NCBI GenBank assembly: GCA_965226885.1 | Contig: CBDDEL010000017.1 | Location: 192,001 to 256,000, forward strand | DNA: 64,000 bases | Reading direction: 5' to 3' | Origin: Opitutales bacterium | GTDB taxonomy: Bacteria; Verrucomicrobiota; Verrucomicrobiia; Opitutales; UBA2987 | Shown: positions 63,086 to 64,000 of the stretch, piece after piece | Layout of the letters: the number at the start of each line of letters is the position of its first letter | Numbering within the stretch: the stretch's first letter is position 1 | Translations under genes and position numbers: made by a program | Notes under the pieces: generated by a model | Database searches by the model: none | The model's input: the letters and a program-made list of their open reading frames with translations, nothing else | Told to the model about the DNA's origin: nothing

Positions 63086-64000
63086 ATGATGAACGAAGAA
63101 GAACAGTTACAATCACATGACGGACGGGAAATGTCGGATGATGAAATCCGCGTGGACGAAGCCGGTCCGGAGCGAATCACTGAACCGGCTCGAGAGATTC
63201 CGGTATCCTACGATGTCGATGTCATTGTCGCCGGTGGCGGCATTTCTGGCATTTTCGCCGCCATCGCGGCAGGGCGAATGGGTGCTAAAACTTTACTCAT
63301 CGACCGCTTCGGCACAATCGGGGGAAACATGGGGCCCGGGATGTTCGTCGGCGGGAGCCTCGACGGGTATGTTTTTTCCAAGAACGAACCCGACCGCACG
63401 CCCAATCCCGACGGCTCTCCGCGCAAGGAACAATTAATCGTTAAAGATCCAGCCGTGTGCGGAGGATTTACGGGCATCCCGCATGAATTTGTGGAATACT
63501 ACGGCTATCACGGCGGCGGCAGGCCTCCCTACCGGCCGATGCACTATATGCGCGACTCGTTGATCGCATCCCACACCGCCATGGAAATGCTGGAAGAAGC
63601 CGGAGTGGATATTCTGGTTTCGGCTTATGTTTCCGATCCCATCATGGAAGGAAATCGCGTGGCAGGCCTATTTTACGAAGGCAAAGGGGGCCGTCATGCG
63701 GCACGGGCAAAAGTGGTCATCGACGCCACCGGAGAGGCGGATGTGGCCCGGAGGGCCGGAGCCCCAGCAATTTACCCCAAGGAAACCTATAACAAATGGG
63801 ATTCCCACTCTCCTGCCGGTATGGGGATTTGGGCGGTGATCGCGGGCATTGATGCGGAGCGATTCGACGCCTACATCGAGAAAGTAGAAACACCTTATGA
63901 ACTGGAAAAACGCGATGTTCCGGGAATCGGCAAAATGGCGATTATCGGCCATCCGCCCAACTACTATGGGAAAATATTATACCGGGATGAAGGACTGCTG
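63086..64000 (+). CDS. FAD-dependent oxidoreductase (partial, runs off window)
   Basis: DVIVAGGGISGIFAAIAAGRMGAKTLLID and VIDATGEADVA motifs. Confidence 0.88.
   Translation, partial: MMNEEEQLQSHDGREMSDDEIRVDEAGPERITEPAREIPVSYDVDVIVAGGGISGIFAAIAAGRMGAKTLLIDRFGTIGGNMGPGMFVGGSLDGYVFSKNEPDRTPNPDGSPRKEQLIVKDPAVCGGFTGIPHEFVEYYGYHGGGRPPYRPMHYMRDSLIASHTAMEMLEEAGVDILVSAYVSDPIMEGNRVAGLFYEGKGGRHAARAKVVIDATGEADVARRAGAPAIYPKETYNKWDSHSPAGMGIWAVIAGIDAERFDAYIEKVETPYELEKRDVPGIGKMAIIGHPPNYYGKILYRDEGLL

Overview
Bacterial chromosome segment. The gene order rpmF-plsX-fabH-bamD-lptE-rpe, the secA-lnt pair and the protein styles suggest Verrucomicrobiota, probably Opitutales (inference). Two intact housekeeping blocks (about 9.1-20.2 kb and 43-60.5 kb) flank a heavily eroded accessory zone. 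About 19 kb (~30%) of the window is insertion sequence: 17 elements or fragments from six families (IS3, IS1 with two isoforms, IS1380, IS5/ISNCY-like, IS630, IS21), several nested, most with readable target-site duplications. Removing the IS elements in silico recovers two tandem exported SAM-hydrolase (DUF62) genes, a cNMP-domain membrane protein and a decayed phage-satellite/integrative element. That element has an excisionase, a Toprim-DUF3631 primase with symmetric origin-like repeats, an HTH gene, a cargo gene, a candidate sRNA and a possible tRNA-Ser att remnant. The most unusual signal is a recurring mutation class: at least nine perfect tandem duplications of 4-48 bp, almost all with zero junction microhomology, which frameshift accessory genes but are in-frame in core genes. 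Also present: an unannotated Ile/Val/Leu-rich leader peptide before ilvB, an H-NS/histone-H1-like basic protein, an IPTL-CTERM surface protein and a double-AP2 protein. No rRNA, complete tRNA or CRISPR array was seen.
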